64,000 nt of DNA from Candidatus Multivoradales bacterium (GTDB taxonomy: Bacteria; Acidobacteriota; Thermoanaerobaculia; Multivoradales; JAHEKO01): contig CBDCXM010000002.1 in NCBI GenBank assembly GCA_965223855.1, positions 128,001-192,000 on the forward strand, read 5' to 3'. Within the stretch, counting starts at the first letter, position 1; every line of letters begins with the position of its first letter. The notes beneath the pieces were generated by a model. That model saw only the letters and a program-made list of their open reading frames with translations, ran no database searches and was not told the DNA's origin. Positions 20,327 through 29,887 of the stretch are shown here, piece by piece. The translations under genes were made by a program, and so were the position numbers.

Positions 20327-21751
20327 GTGACCGTTGACAAGGATACGCGGGCCGGAGCCCGGGTGGATCGGTGGTGGTTGTTCCTGCTCGCCGGAGCGAG
20401 CTCGATCGGGTATCTCGCGCTGGCGCGATGGCCGTTCTCGAACCGCGCGGCGGACGTCGGGCTCTACCTGTCGATCATGGCGCTCCTGTCGGCCGGTTAC
20501 GCGACGGGCTGGTGGCTCTGCGCCCGGACGGAGGGCCGACCCGAACTCACACGGAGCCTGTTACCGGTCCTCTTCACGGCGGCGGTGCTGTTCCGGCTGA
20601 TCCTTCTCACCACGGGCCTGCCGCAGGAGCGGGTGGCGGAGGCGGTGCTGGCGGACCTCGGCGGCCGTCCGCAGCGCACCGACACGTTCCTGCTCTACGA
20701 CAACGACCTGTGGCGCTATCTCTGGGACGGGCATGTGCTCGCTGCCGGGCTCGACCCGTATCGGACGCTTCCGGACGAGGCCGACGAGTGGGGGCTGATC
20801 GACGAGGAGCCGTGGCCGACGGTGCTCACCAACGTCAGCTACACGCGCTATCACTCGATCTATCCACCGCTGACGCAGTACTGGTTCGCCGCCCTCGCGC
20901 AACTGGCCCCCGGCAGCACCCTCGCCGCCCGAGCGTCGCTGATGCTGCTGGACCTCGCGCTGTGCTGGCTGCTGTGGCGGGCGACGCGACGAGCGTGGGT
21001 CTGCCTCGCGTATGGCTGGAACCCGATGGTGATCGCCGAGTTCACCGGCTCCGGGCACCCGGATCCGCTGATGCTGCTTCCACTCGCTGCCGCGGTCGTC
21101 CTCGGGCGTCGGCGCCCTCTTGCCGCGGCGATCGCTCTCGGAGTGGGCGTGCTGGCCAAGCTCACTCCGGTGGTGGCGGCGCCATGGCTCGTCGGGCGGC
21201 GATGGTCCTCCGCGGGCGTCGCGATGGCCACCGTGGCGCTCGGATGCCTGCCGCTGGCTGCCGGTCTCCCTGCGTGGTTCGAGGCAATGGCCCGCTTCGG
21301 CGCCAACTGGACCTTCAACTCCGGCGCCTGGCTCTCGCTGCGCGAGGTCTTCGATCGCATGGGAGTCGGAGCACCCGAGCGGTGGGCCGACGTCGTTGCC
21401 GCTATCCTCCTGAGTCTGCTGCTCGTGCGGCTCTGGTGGCGGCGGGATGCCGTCAGCCTCGCGACGGCGACGACGATCGCCGTCTTCGGGATCGTCCTGC
21501 TCTCACCGGCCGTCATGCCCTGGTACGTGCTGTGGCTGCTGCCGCTGGCGCTGTTGATCGACGACGGCGGCCGCTCGGCCGTCGTCGCCGCGGTCTGGGC
21601 CGCGGTCGCTCAACTGTCCTATCTCGCCTACGTGGATCCGGCGATCGGCGGCGGCTGGAAGTGGATCGAGTACGGCGTCCTGGCTGGCGCTCTGGTGGTC
21701 TGGCAGCGTCGTGGCGGCTGGCGGGTCGATCGTTCTTCGCTGGCGCGTTGA
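20327..21751 (+). CDS. GT-C fold membrane glycosyltransferase (GT87/mannosyltransferase-like)
   Basis: DLWRYLWDG, IYPPL, YGWNP..EFTGSGHPD and MPWY motifs; start position approximate. Confidence 0.85.
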   Translation: MTVDKDTRAGARVDRWWLFLLAGASSIGYLALARWPFSNRAADVGLYLSIMALLSAGYATGWWLCARTEGRPELTRSLLPVLFTAAVLFRLILLTTGLPQERVAEAVLADLGGRPQRTDTFLLYDNDLWRYLWDGHVLAAGLDPYRTLPDEADEWGLIDEEPWPTVLTNVSYTRYHSIYPPLTQYWFAALAQLAPGSTLAARASLMLLDLALCWLLWRATRRAWVCLAYGWNPMVIAEFTGSGHPDPLMLLPLAAAVVLGRRRPLAAAIALGVGVLAKLTPVVAAPWLVGRRWSSAGVAMATVALGCLPLAAGLPAWFEAMARFGANWTFNSGAWLSLREVFDRMGVGAPERWADVVAAILLSLLLVRLWWRRDAVSLATATTIAVFGIVLLSPAVMPWYVLWLLPLALLIDDGGRSAVVAAVWAAVAQLSYLAYVDPAIGGGWKWIEYGVLAGALVVWQRRGGWRVDRSSLAR

Positions 21752-21838
21752 GACTCCAGTCCCCGCGGCCTCTCCTGTCCGACGATCCGCCGCGGCCGAT
21801 CTTGAGCGGGAGTGGTGAGGGGCTTCGCGACGCTCTTG

Positions 21839-22924
21839 CTAGCGATCGGGCCCGGCGAAGGCCGGTTCGTCTGCTTCGTCCGAAGCGACAGCCTCTTCCC
21901 AGGCCCGTTCGAACGTCGCGCCGACGAAGGGCTCGAACACCGCTTCCGACGCGGCATCTACGGCGAGCGCCGCGCGCCAACGTTCGATGTCGAGGCCGGC
22001 GAACGCCTCCTCGGCATCCGCGTCCTTGCCGGCGCGGGCCCGGGCGTGATCGACGAGGGTGGCGAAGAGTTAGCGGACCAGCTCGAGATGCTCGAGGCCC
22101 CGGCGCGGTGCGCCGTGTCCGGGGAAGAGCCGCTCCGGCTCCATCGCCGCCAACGCGTCGAGTGACGCGATCGCTGTCGCCGGCGAGCCGTGGCCACCGA
22201 ACGGCAGGTCGTCCAGCAGGTCGCCGGTCGCGGCGAGGCGCACCTGCGGCAGCCAGACGACGACATCGCCGTCGGTGTGTCCCGGCAGGTGAAGCAGCTC
22301 GACGCGGCGCCCGCCGAGATCGACGCTCAACGAGCGTGTGAAGCCGACTGTCGGCCTCTCCACGACGCTCGTTCGCAGGGCGGAGAACCGTAGCAGCGCT
22401 CGCTCGATTCTCTCCTCCGCGTCGGGTCGCTCGGCTTCGGCGAGGGGGGAGCCGTCGCGGCGCACTCCCTCGACGAGGCGCTGCTCGGCCGCCTCGATCG
22501 CGCCCGCCAGGGCGTCCGCATCCTCGATCAGCGAAGGTCGCGCCCGTTCGACGATGTCGCGAGCGGTCCATCGATGCGAGACGAGCGAAGCCTCGGGGAA
22601 CGCTTCGAGCAGTCGGGCCATCCCCAGCGTGTGGTCGGTGTGCCAGTGGGTGGCGACGATCCAGCGCAGCGGAACCGGGCTGAGTCTCCGGATCTCGGCC
22701 ACGAGGAGGTCGAGCGCGGCTTCTCCCTGAGGCGCGTCCACCAGCAGCGCCTCGCGTTCACCGACGACGAGCAGTGCGTTCGCATCGTCGAAGCGTGCGG
22801 CTGTCGGCTGGACGAAGCCATGAACTCCCTCCGACAACGTCGTCGTTTCTAGTGCCGGTTCTCCGGTGGCGCTCGTCGCGACCAGCATGCAGACGACGAG
22901 GGTCGCGCAGAACTTCATCGACAC
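21839..22924 (-). pseudogene. Secreted MBL-fold metallo-hydrolase with an in-frame TAA at 22070-22072 (truncated allele or base-call error)
   Basis: THWHTDH, GHTDGD, TGDL and PGHG motifs; the frame continues 76 codons past the TAA to a TAG at 21839. Confidence 0.7.
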
Positions 22925-23004
22925 AGTCTAGCCCGGACTTCTCACAGGTGCCGTCTGTGCGGAACTTCACCCGTTCGGGCAACCGGTCGGTTTAGGCTCG
23001 GGAG

Positions 23005-25437
23005 ATGAACGCCGCGCGATCGAGGGTCTCTCGCCTGCTCCTGGCGTGTTTCCTGGGCGCGAGCGGGCTGCTCGCCGCCTCCTTCCCGAACGGATTCCAG
23101 GTCGATGAGGTTCTCGCCGACCTCGATTCGCCCGCGACCCTCGCCTTTTCACCCGACGGCCGGCTCTTCCTCGGCGAGCGAATCTCCGGTCGTCTGCTGG
23201 TGGCGAAGCGATCCGGGAACTCCTGGTCGATCAACGCGACGCCCTTCTACACGTTCGACATCCCCAAGGACGGCAACGGCAATCCGGTACGGCATCGCTC
23301 GTCCGGGCTGCGCGATATCGCCTTCGACCCGGACTTCGAGAGCAACGGCTTCGTCTACGCGTTCTACATGCGCAACAACCCGCGTCACAACCGCGTGGTG
23401 CGCATCCAGGCGAGCGGCGCCAATCCGGATGTCGCATTGCCCGGCTCCGAGGCGCTCCTGATCGACCTGCCGTTCAACAGCACCGGCTCGTCCGGCAGTC
23501 ACAACGGCGGAGCGCTCGAGTTCGGGGCCGACGGCAAGCTCTACATCAGCACCGGGGACGGCTGGTCGGGCGGCGACTCCGTGCAGACGCTCACCACCTT
23601 CACCGGCAAGTTGCTGCGGATCAACTCGAACGGCTCGATCCCGAGCGACAACCCGTTCTTCGACCAGGCGACCGGCCGCTACCGCTCGATCTACGGGCTC
23701 GGGCTGCGCAACCCGTTCTCGATGTCCTTCGATCCCAAGAGCGGTGAGCTGTTCGTCAACGACGCCGTCGGACCGGCGAAGGCGGACGTCTTCCTCGTCG
23801 AGGCTGCCGCCAACTACGGCCACCAGGGGACCGGTGGCGGAGGGGTGCCGCGCAACCCCTGGGCCAACGTCGGGGCGGCCGGTTCGCTCGTCACGGGAGG
23901 CGCCTGGTACCCGGCGTCGGGCTCCTTTCCTTCCGAATACGACGGTAGCTACTTCGTCGCTCTTTGGGGCAACAACGGCGCCTCCAACGATGGCGCCATC
24001 GGCCGGGTGCTCGGGTTCGGCCAGCCGACTACGGTCGGCTTCGGCACCGAGGTGCACAGCGGCGACCGCAAGCCGGTGCTGACGCGGGTCGATCCCGTCA
24101 CCGGAGACCTCTTCTACCTGCTCACGACCTATGAGACCGGCGCCGGCTCGATCGAGCGGGTTCGCTGGACCGGCCAGAACTCGGTCGCGACGCCGACCTT
24201 CGACCCGGCGCCCGGCCAGTACGACGATCCGGTGACGCTGACGATGGCGACGACGACGGCGGGAGCGACGATTCGCTACACGCTGGACGGTTCGACGCCG
24301 ACCGGCACCAGTACCCTTTACGTCGGCCCGATCCTCATCTCCCGCACGACGATCGTGAAGGCCCGGGCCTTCGCGCCGCCGCTGCTCGACAGCTCGGTGG
24401 CCGAGGGGTTCTTTCAGATCGGGCCGAGCATGAACCTGCCGCCGGTCGCCGAGGCGGGGCCGGATCAGGTGGCGGCAGTCGACGAGCTGGTGGTGCTCAA
24501 CGGGTCCGCGTCGACCGACCCGGACGGAGACGACGAGAAGATGAGCGAGGAGTGGGTACAGATCGCCGGGCCGCCGCTCGACTTCGTCGGTGACGACCTG
24601 GTCGCCTTCGTCACGCCCGAGGAGACCGGCTTCTATCGCTTCGAGCTGACGGTCTCCGACGGTGAGCTTGCGGATTCCGACACGACCGCCCTGACGGTGC
24701 TGCCGTGTCTCGACGACGTCCGCGACGGGCTCGTCGGTCGATGGTCGTTCGAGGAGGGCTCGGGGACCGTGGTTCTCGACAGCTCGAGCGGTGCACTCAA
24801 CGGCACCGTCGCCGGCGCGACCTGGAGCCAGCAGACCGCCGACGGGAGCGCCTGGGCGCTCGACTTCGACGGAGTCGACGATCAGGTCGACATGGGGACC
24901 TTCGATCTCGGCGGCTCGGCCTTCACCATCGCGCTCTGGATGCGCGCCGACGACTTCGGTCAGATGGACGGCCGCTTCGTCTCCAAGGCTTCCGGCGTGC
25001 AGCCCGACGACCACTACTGGATGGTGTCGACGATCCTGCAATCGTCCGAGACCCGCCTTCGGTTCCGTCTCCGGACCGGTGGTTCGACGACCACGCTGAT
25101 CGCCGGGTCCGGAGCGCTCGCCACCGGAGTGTGGACCCACGTGGCGGCCGTCTACGACGGCGCCGAGATGCGCCTCTACAAGGACGGCGTGGAGGTCGGC
25201 TCCACGCCCAAGAGCGGCGCCGTCGATACCGACCCCCTCGTGCCGGTCGCTTTCGGCGATCAGCCCGGCGGCACCCGGCCGTTCGACGGCCTGCTCGACG
25301 AGGTGCGGCTCTACGATCGAGCGCTGACGGTAGAGGAGCTCGCCGTGCTGGTGACCGGCGAGAGCGACTGCGTCGTGGTGTTCGCGGACGGTTTCGAGAC
25401 CGGCGACACTTCCGCCTGGTCGACCACCATCCCCTAG
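23005..25437 (+). CDS. Secreted PQQ-dependent sugar dehydrogenase-family protein with FN3-associated, PKD-like and LamG domains and DGFET tail
   Basis: HNGGALEFGADGKLYISTGD and GLRNPF; IRYTLDGSTP; AEAGPDQ; LamG WTHVAAVYDG...DEVRLYDRAL; C-terminus VFADGFETGDTSAWSTTIP. Confidence 0.9.
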   Translation: MNAARSRVSRLLLACFLGASGLLAASFPNGFQVDEVLADLDSPATLAFSPDGRLFLGERISGRLLVAKRSGNSWSINATPFYTFDIPKDGNGNPVRHRSSGLRDIAFDPDFESNGFVYAFYMRNNPRHNRVVRIQASGANPDVALPGSEALLIDLPFNSTGSSGSHNGGALEFGADGKLYISTGDGWSGGDSVQTLTTFTGKLLRINSNGSIPSDNPFFDQATGRYRSIYGLGLRNPFSMSFDPKSGELFVNDAVGPAKADVFLVEAAANYGHQGTGGGGVPRNPWANVGAAGSLVTGGAWYPASGSFPSEYDGSYFVALWGNNGASNDGAIGRVLGFGQPTTVGFGTEVHSGDRKPVLTRVDPVTGDLFYLLTTYETGAGSIERVRWTGQNSVATPTFDPAPGQYDDPVTLTMATTTAGATIRYTLDGSTPTGTSTLYVGPILISRTTIVKARAFAPPLLDSSVAEGFFQIGPSMNLPPVAEAGPDQVAAVDELVVLNGSASTDPDGDDEKMSEEWVQIAGPPLDFVGDDLVAFVTPEETGFYRFELTVSDGELADSDTTALTVLPCLDDVRDGLVGRWSFEEGSGTVVLDSSSGALNGTVAGATWSQQTADGSAWALDFDGVDDQVDMGTFDLGGSAFTIALWMRADDFGQMDGRFVSKASGVQPDDHYWMVSTILQSSETRLRFRLRTGGSTTTLIAGSGALATGVWTHVAAVYDGAEMRLYKDGVEVGSTPKSGAVDTDPLVPVAFGDQPGGTRPFDGLLDEVRLYDRALTVEELAVLVTGESDCVVVFADGFETGDTSAWSTTIP

Positions 25438-25617
25438 GACGCAGGGTCGGTTCCCGCCGGGCAGTTTGCTCGCTCCCGGGCGGCGCGTATCTTCGCTTCG
25501 CCCACACGGGAGAATCGAGACGCAACGGAAGCGACTACGGGAACGGTGCACCCTGTCTCTGTCGAGCCGGCGCGCAGAATACGTGGTGCCCGGGTCCCGT
25601 AGACTGGGTGGGCATCA

Positions 25618-26142
25618 ATGAGCAACAGGGAACAGCAGTCGTTGCGTTGCGAGAGCTGTGGGGCGGGTGCGGTCGCTCCTGCAGTGGCGGGTGTGTTCGA
25701 ATGCGCTCACTGCGGCTCGGTCCATCTTCCGAGCTTCGAGCGACTCGCGGACGCGGAGGTCAGCAGCGTTCGAGCAGGGGAAGAGTGTCCAATCTGCGGC
25801 ACCGCTCTCTTCCACGCCCGAGCGGACCGTTGGAGTGTTCTCCAATGTCGCAGCTGCGCGGGACTGTTCGTGTCCGGGAACGACTTCTGGAGGATCGTCG
25901 AGTACCGCCGTGCACGGCTTCGTGAGGACTGCGAAGCGCCCTCGTCGATGATGAAGCGGGAGCGTGCGCGGTCGATCGAGTGCCCAGCCTGCCCTACCCG
26001 CATGAAGGCGCATCCGTACCACGGCCCCGGGCGGTTCGTCATCGACTGGTGTCCGCAGTGTTCGGCGGTATGGCTCGATCGCGGTGAGCTTCGACTGGCG
26101 ACAACGAGCTGCTGGCCCGAGGGTTCATGGTCCTCCGGGTAG
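25618..26142 (+). CDS. Triple zinc-ribbon (zf-TFIIB-like) protein
   Basis: Six CxxC motifs; IDWCPQCSAVWLDRGEL. Confidence 0.8.
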   Translation: MSNREQQSLRCESCGAGAVAPAVAGVFECAHCGSVHLPSFERLADAEVSSVRAGEECPICGTALFHARADRWSVLQCRSCAGLFVSGNDFWRIVEYRRARLREDCEAPSSMMKRERARSIECPACPTRMKAHPYHGPGRFVIDWCPQCSAVWLDRGELRLATTSCWPEGSWSSG

Positions 26143-26185
26143 AGTGCATGGAGCTCCAGGCCGATCTCGCGACGGAGCGAGGCTC

Positions 26186-27067
26186 GTGACTTCCGCGAGC
26201 GTCTGCCTCAACTGCGACACCCCGCTCGACGGCCGCTACTGCGTCGCTTGCGGCCAGGACTCGCGGCCGCCGCAGCGTTCCCTCCTCGCGATTCTCGGTG
26301 AGTTCCTGTCAGAGCTCGTGTCCTTCGAGGGGCGTATGTTCCGCTCGCTGGCGACCCTTGTGGTCCCGGGCAAGTTGACGCTGCTCTACCTGGAGGGAAA
26401 GCGGGCTCGCTTCACTCCGCCGTTTCGGCTCTATCTCATCGCCAGTCTGCTGCTGTTCTCGACAACCCTCACACTGACCCCGCCCGACCCGGAGGGGCTC
26501 AATCTCTTCATCGGCGGGGTGAGGATCGGAGAGCAGCGCGAAGGTGACGTCACGAGGACGATCGAGCTGATCAAGGACGAAGGGTGGGGGCGCGTTCTCC
26601 CTTCCGTCGCTGGAGAACGGATCGAGCGCCTCCGTGCGATGAGCGCCGAAGATGCAGTCTCGGTGGTCTTCTCAGGGTTGAGGCGGTACCTGCCGGCCGG
26701 CTTTATCGTGCTGGTGCCTCTCGTAGCTTTCGCACTGCACCTGCTGTTCCTGTTTCCGAAACGAGCGCGTCGCTGGTTCGTCGAACACCTCGTGACAGCC
26801 GTTCATCTGCAGGCGGCGCTCTTTCTGGCCGTCTCGATCGGATGGACTGTGGGACCCCTGTTCATCGAGGAGGCAGGGAAGTACCTGATTGTCGTCGCGG
26901 CCTTGCTGAGTTGGTTTCTTGTCTATCTTCCGTGGACGTTGCGCCGTGTCTATGGGCAGTCGAGGACGTGGACGGCTGTGAAGTGGTTCCTCCTGCTGTG
27001 GCTGTACGGGCAGTGCGCCGGGCTGATCATGTCGATCGCCATTCTGTTGGCGATCTGGAACGTCTGA
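26186..27067 (+). CDS. DUF3667 domain membrane protein
   Basis: CLNC...YCVACGQ, PGKLT..YLEGKRARFTPPFRLYL, TM helices; GTG start at 26186 inferred. Confidence 0.88.
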   Translation: MTSASVCLNCDTPLDGRYCVACGQDSRPPQRSLLAILGEFLSELVSFEGRMFRSLATLVVPGKLTLLYLEGKRARFTPPFRLYLIASLLLFSTTLTLTPPDPEGLNLFIGGVRIGEQREGDVTRTIELIKDEGWGRVLPSVAGERIERLRAMSAEDAVSVVFSGLRRYLPAGFIVLVPLVAFALHLLFLFPKRARRWFVEHLVTAVHLQAALFLAVSIGWTVGPLFIEEAGKYLIVVAALLSWFLVYLPWTLRRVYGQSRTWTAVKWFLLLWLYGQCAGLIMSIAILLAIWNV

Positions 27068-27069
27068 GC

Positions 27070-28617
27070 TCAGCCGAAGTGCCGGAAGCGTTCCCAGACC
27101 GTCGATAGCGGCACTCTGGGCCGCCACACCTTCCAGATCGGCATCCGGTCGCGCCAGCGCATGCAGTAGGCGCATTCGTGACGATCGAGGAGAGAGACCT
27201 CCTCGAAGAGCTCGCGCAGTTCCTCCTCCCGGCCGCCGATCACCAGGCCGCCGTCGACGTCGTCGTCGGGCGGCCCCCACAGGAAGTAGCTGTTGTGGTC
27301 GCTGTGGACGCTCGGGAAGCCTGCGAACTCGGGCCCACCGCGGAAGTGCTCGAGCGCGCCCGCCTGGCCGTAGGAGGGGGCGACGATCGCCAGCTTCGCC
27401 CCGGTGGGGAAGTCGGCGGCCACGAGCGCGCGATCGACGTCCTCGACGAACGCCTCCCATTCGAGGCGGTCGGCGAACCACTGCGGCAGGGGAGACGTCT
27501 TTCCCTCACCCGACTCGATCTGCGGCACCACGCCGAGCGCGCCGGCGTAGCGCGAGAGCATCTCGGGAGGCAGGACCGGCGAGCCGATCGGCAGCAGGAC
27601 GAGTCCGCAGAGCGCCATCCACGCCACCGCGACCGGTCGCAGCCAGCGTCGCCGGTCGGCCGTCAGGCGGTCGAGCCACATCCCGCCGGCGGCGAACAGA
27701 ACGGGGTAGATGCCGGTGATGCGATCGGGCCGGCTTTTCTCACTCGCGACCATCAGCACGAAGAGGATCGCGCAGGCGAGCCCGACGTGGCGCCACTGCC
27801 TCGCCGACGGAACTCGCAGCAGGAAGTACAGGCCGAGCAGCCACAGCGGCAGTGTCCCCGGGTTCATCACCAGTACCTGGAAGAGGGCGACCGCCCACCA
27901 CGGGGTCGGCTCGTTCTTGTAGAGATCGGCGTTGCGGTAGAACTCGAGCGAAGGCCAACCGTGCTGCGCCTGCCAGAGCAGGTTGGGCGCAAGCATCGCC
28001 AGCGCGAGGGCGGCACCTGCCCACAACCAGGGTGATCGGAGGTGCCGCCTTGCAGGCGTCCAGGGGAGCGCGAGTGCCAGCCCGACCGCCAGCAGCACGA
28101 ACGTATGCTTGTTGAGCAGGGCGATGCCGGAGAGGGCGCCGAAGGCGAGCCACAGCCGCGGCTCGTCACGAGCCTCGATCTCGACCAGTACCCAGCAGGC
28201 TGCGAGCCATAGCGCCAGTCCGAGCGCGTTCATCGAGAACATGCCGAAGAAGATCTGCGGCACAGAGGCGATCAGGATTGCGGCTCCGGCGACGAGCTGG
28301 CCGAAGGGGGAGGCTCCCAGCCGTCGCGCCAGCAGCCCCGTACCGGCGACTGTGGCGGCTCCGATCAGCGCCGGCAGGATGCGCAGCGCCAGTAGCGAGT
28401 CTCCGAGAAGCGCCCGGTTGGCGGCGAGCATCGCCGGTGCCAGGGGAGGGTGATCGACGTAGCCCCAGGCGAGCCGCTCGGCGCAGGCGAGGTAGTAGAA
28501 CTCGTCGATGAAGCGGCCGTAGCTGCCTAGAACTCCGGGCAGCAGGAAGAGCAGGAACGAGGCTCCTGTCAGGAGAAGGAGGGAGCTGTCGGGCAGTCGG
28601 AGGGATCGTTCGTTCAT
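27070..28617 (-). CDS. GT39/ArnT-like (PMT family) membrane glycosyltransferase
   Basis: DEFYYLAC..LAWGYVDHPPL, PNLLWQ..HGWP, YGQAGAL, HNSYFLWGPP; ATG at 28617. Confidence 0.88.
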   Translation of the reverse strand: MNERSLRLPDSSLLLLTGASFLLFLLPGVLGSYGRFIDEFYYLACAERLAWGYVDHPPLAPAMLAANRALLGDSLLALRILPALIGAATVAGTGLLARRLGASPFGQLVAGAAILIASVPQIFFGMFSMNALGLALWLAACWVLVEIEARDEPRLWLAFGALSGIALLNKHTFVLLAVGLALALPWTPARRHLRSPWLWAGAALALAMLAPNLLWQAQHGWPSLEFYRNADLYKNEPTPWWAVALFQVLVMNPGTLPLWLLGLYFLLRVPSARQWRHVGLACAILFVLMVASEKSRPDRITGIYPVLFAAGGMWLDRLTADRRRWLRPVAVAWMALCGLVLLPIGSPVLPPEMLSRYAGALGVVPQIESGEGKTSPLPQWFADRLEWEAFVEDVDRALVAADFPTGAKLAIVAPSYGQAGALEHFRGGPEFAGFPSVHSDHNSYFLWGPPDDDVDGGLVIGGREEELRELFEEVSLLDRHECAYCMRWRDRMPIWKVWRPRVPLSTVWERFRHFG

Positions 28618-28677
28618 GGCGACAGGGTAGAGGCGTGTCGGCTCCCGGCCGGCCGTTGTCGCCGTTCCGGCAATGGC

Positions 28678-28710
28678 GCGGGACGAGCGGGACTGAGGCG
28701 GGACGAGCGG
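28678..28710 (-). promoter_or_regulatory. Probable LytTR-regulator binding direct repeat
   Basis: GCGGGACGAGCGG at 28678-28690 and 28698-28710 (minus strand CCGCTCGTCCCGC, similar to the AlgR site CCGTTCGTC), adjacent to a LytS/LytTR pair. Confidence 0.65.
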
Positions 28711-28777
28711 CACCGGCTGGTCGGTGCTCGAAACCTATACTGGAAGGGTGCTCCGCAAGCCTCCTCCGCGCCTGACC

Positions 28778-29887
28778 ATGGTCGATCGTCCGAACCTCCG
28801 GATCTGGTTCTCGATCGTCCTCGCTCTCGGCCTGCTCCTCTTCACGTACCACTACCTGGCCGCGGTGACCTCGGGCCATGCGATCTCGCCGCTCGAACCG
28901 CTGATCAACGAGCTGACCGCCGCCTTCGGTGCCGGGTTGCTGTTCTGGGGCGTTCGCGCCCTGGCGCTGGCAAAGCCTCTGGAGCGCGGTCGGATCGTCG
29001 CCAGGATCCCTGTCTACGTCGCGGCGCTCGTGGCCTACACGGTTCTCCACACCAGCTCGAACTGGCTGTCGCGTGCAGCTCTCTATCCGGTCGCAGGGCT
29101 CGGGCGTTTCGACTACGGCGAGATGCCGCTGCGCTACTTCATGGAGTTCCCGATCGATCTGATCTCCTTCGTCCTCATGGTGGGCGCGGTCCGCTGGGCC
29201 GAGCTGCGACGCCTGGAACGGGATCGGGAGAACCGCGAGCTCCGGCTGGAGCGCAGCCTCACCGAGGCACGGCTCGCCAACCTGCGGCTGCAGCTCCAGC
29301 CGCACTTCCTCTTCAACGCGCTCAACACGATCTCCTCGGTTCTTCATCGCGACCCGGACATCGCCGACGAGCTGCTGGAGCGCCTCGCCCACCTGCTGCG
29401 GGGAGCTCTGTCGTCCGAACGCGATGACCTGGTGCCACTCGAGCGGGAGCTCGACTGGCTGCGGGCCTACGTGGCGCTCCTCGAAGCTCGCTTCGAAGAG
29501 CGACTCGTGTTCGAGGTCGACGTCCCCGACGACCTCAGGCGGCAGCTGCTTCCGGCGATGAGTCTCCAGCCGCTGGTCGAGAACGCCGTGAGGCATGGTG
29601 GTCTCGAGCAGCGCGGCACCGGCCGGATCCGAGTTACCGCGGAGGAGGCCGAGGGAGGCCGCTCCTGGCAGGTGGCGGTGTGCGACGACGGGGAGCGCTT
29701 CGATGTCGAGGCGGCCGGCAACGGCGGCGGCTTCGGCCTGCGATCGGTTCGCGAGCGCCTCGAGCTGCTCTTCGGCGGAGCCGCTCGACTGGAACTGGTC
29801 GGACGGGAGAGGGGCGGTTGTCGGGCGGTCCTGACGATGCCGCTCGATCCGGCGGTTCCGGGTGCCGCCGGGGGCGTCGGGGGGTGA
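28778..29887 (+). CDS. LytS/YehU-family sensor histidine kinase
   Basis: LQLQPHFLFNALN, LQPLVENAVRHG, DDG, GFGL; N-terminal TM helices. An alternative start exists at 28724. Confidence 0.93.
   Translation: MVDRPNLRIWFSIVLALGLLLFTYHYLAAVTSGHAISPLEPLINELTAAFGAGLLFWGVRALALAKPLERGRIVARIPVYVAALVAYTVLHTSSNWLSRAALYPVAGLGRFDYGEMPLRYFMEFPIDLISFVLMVGAVRWAELRRLERDRENRELRLERSLTEARLANLRLQLQPHFLFNALNTISSVLHRDPDIADELLERLAHLLRGALSSERDDLVPLERELDWLRAYVALLEARFEERLVFEVDVPDDLRRQLLPAMSLQPLVENAVRHGGLEQRGTGRIRVTAEEAEGGRSWQVAVCDDGERFDVEAAGNGGGFGLRSVRERLELLFGGAARLELVGRERGGCRAVLTMPLDPAVPGAAGGVGG

Noticed and set aside
25438-27067. Apparently slightly lower GC, suggesting horizontal acquisition
   Set aside because: An impression only, not quantified; no integrase or boundary repeats seen.
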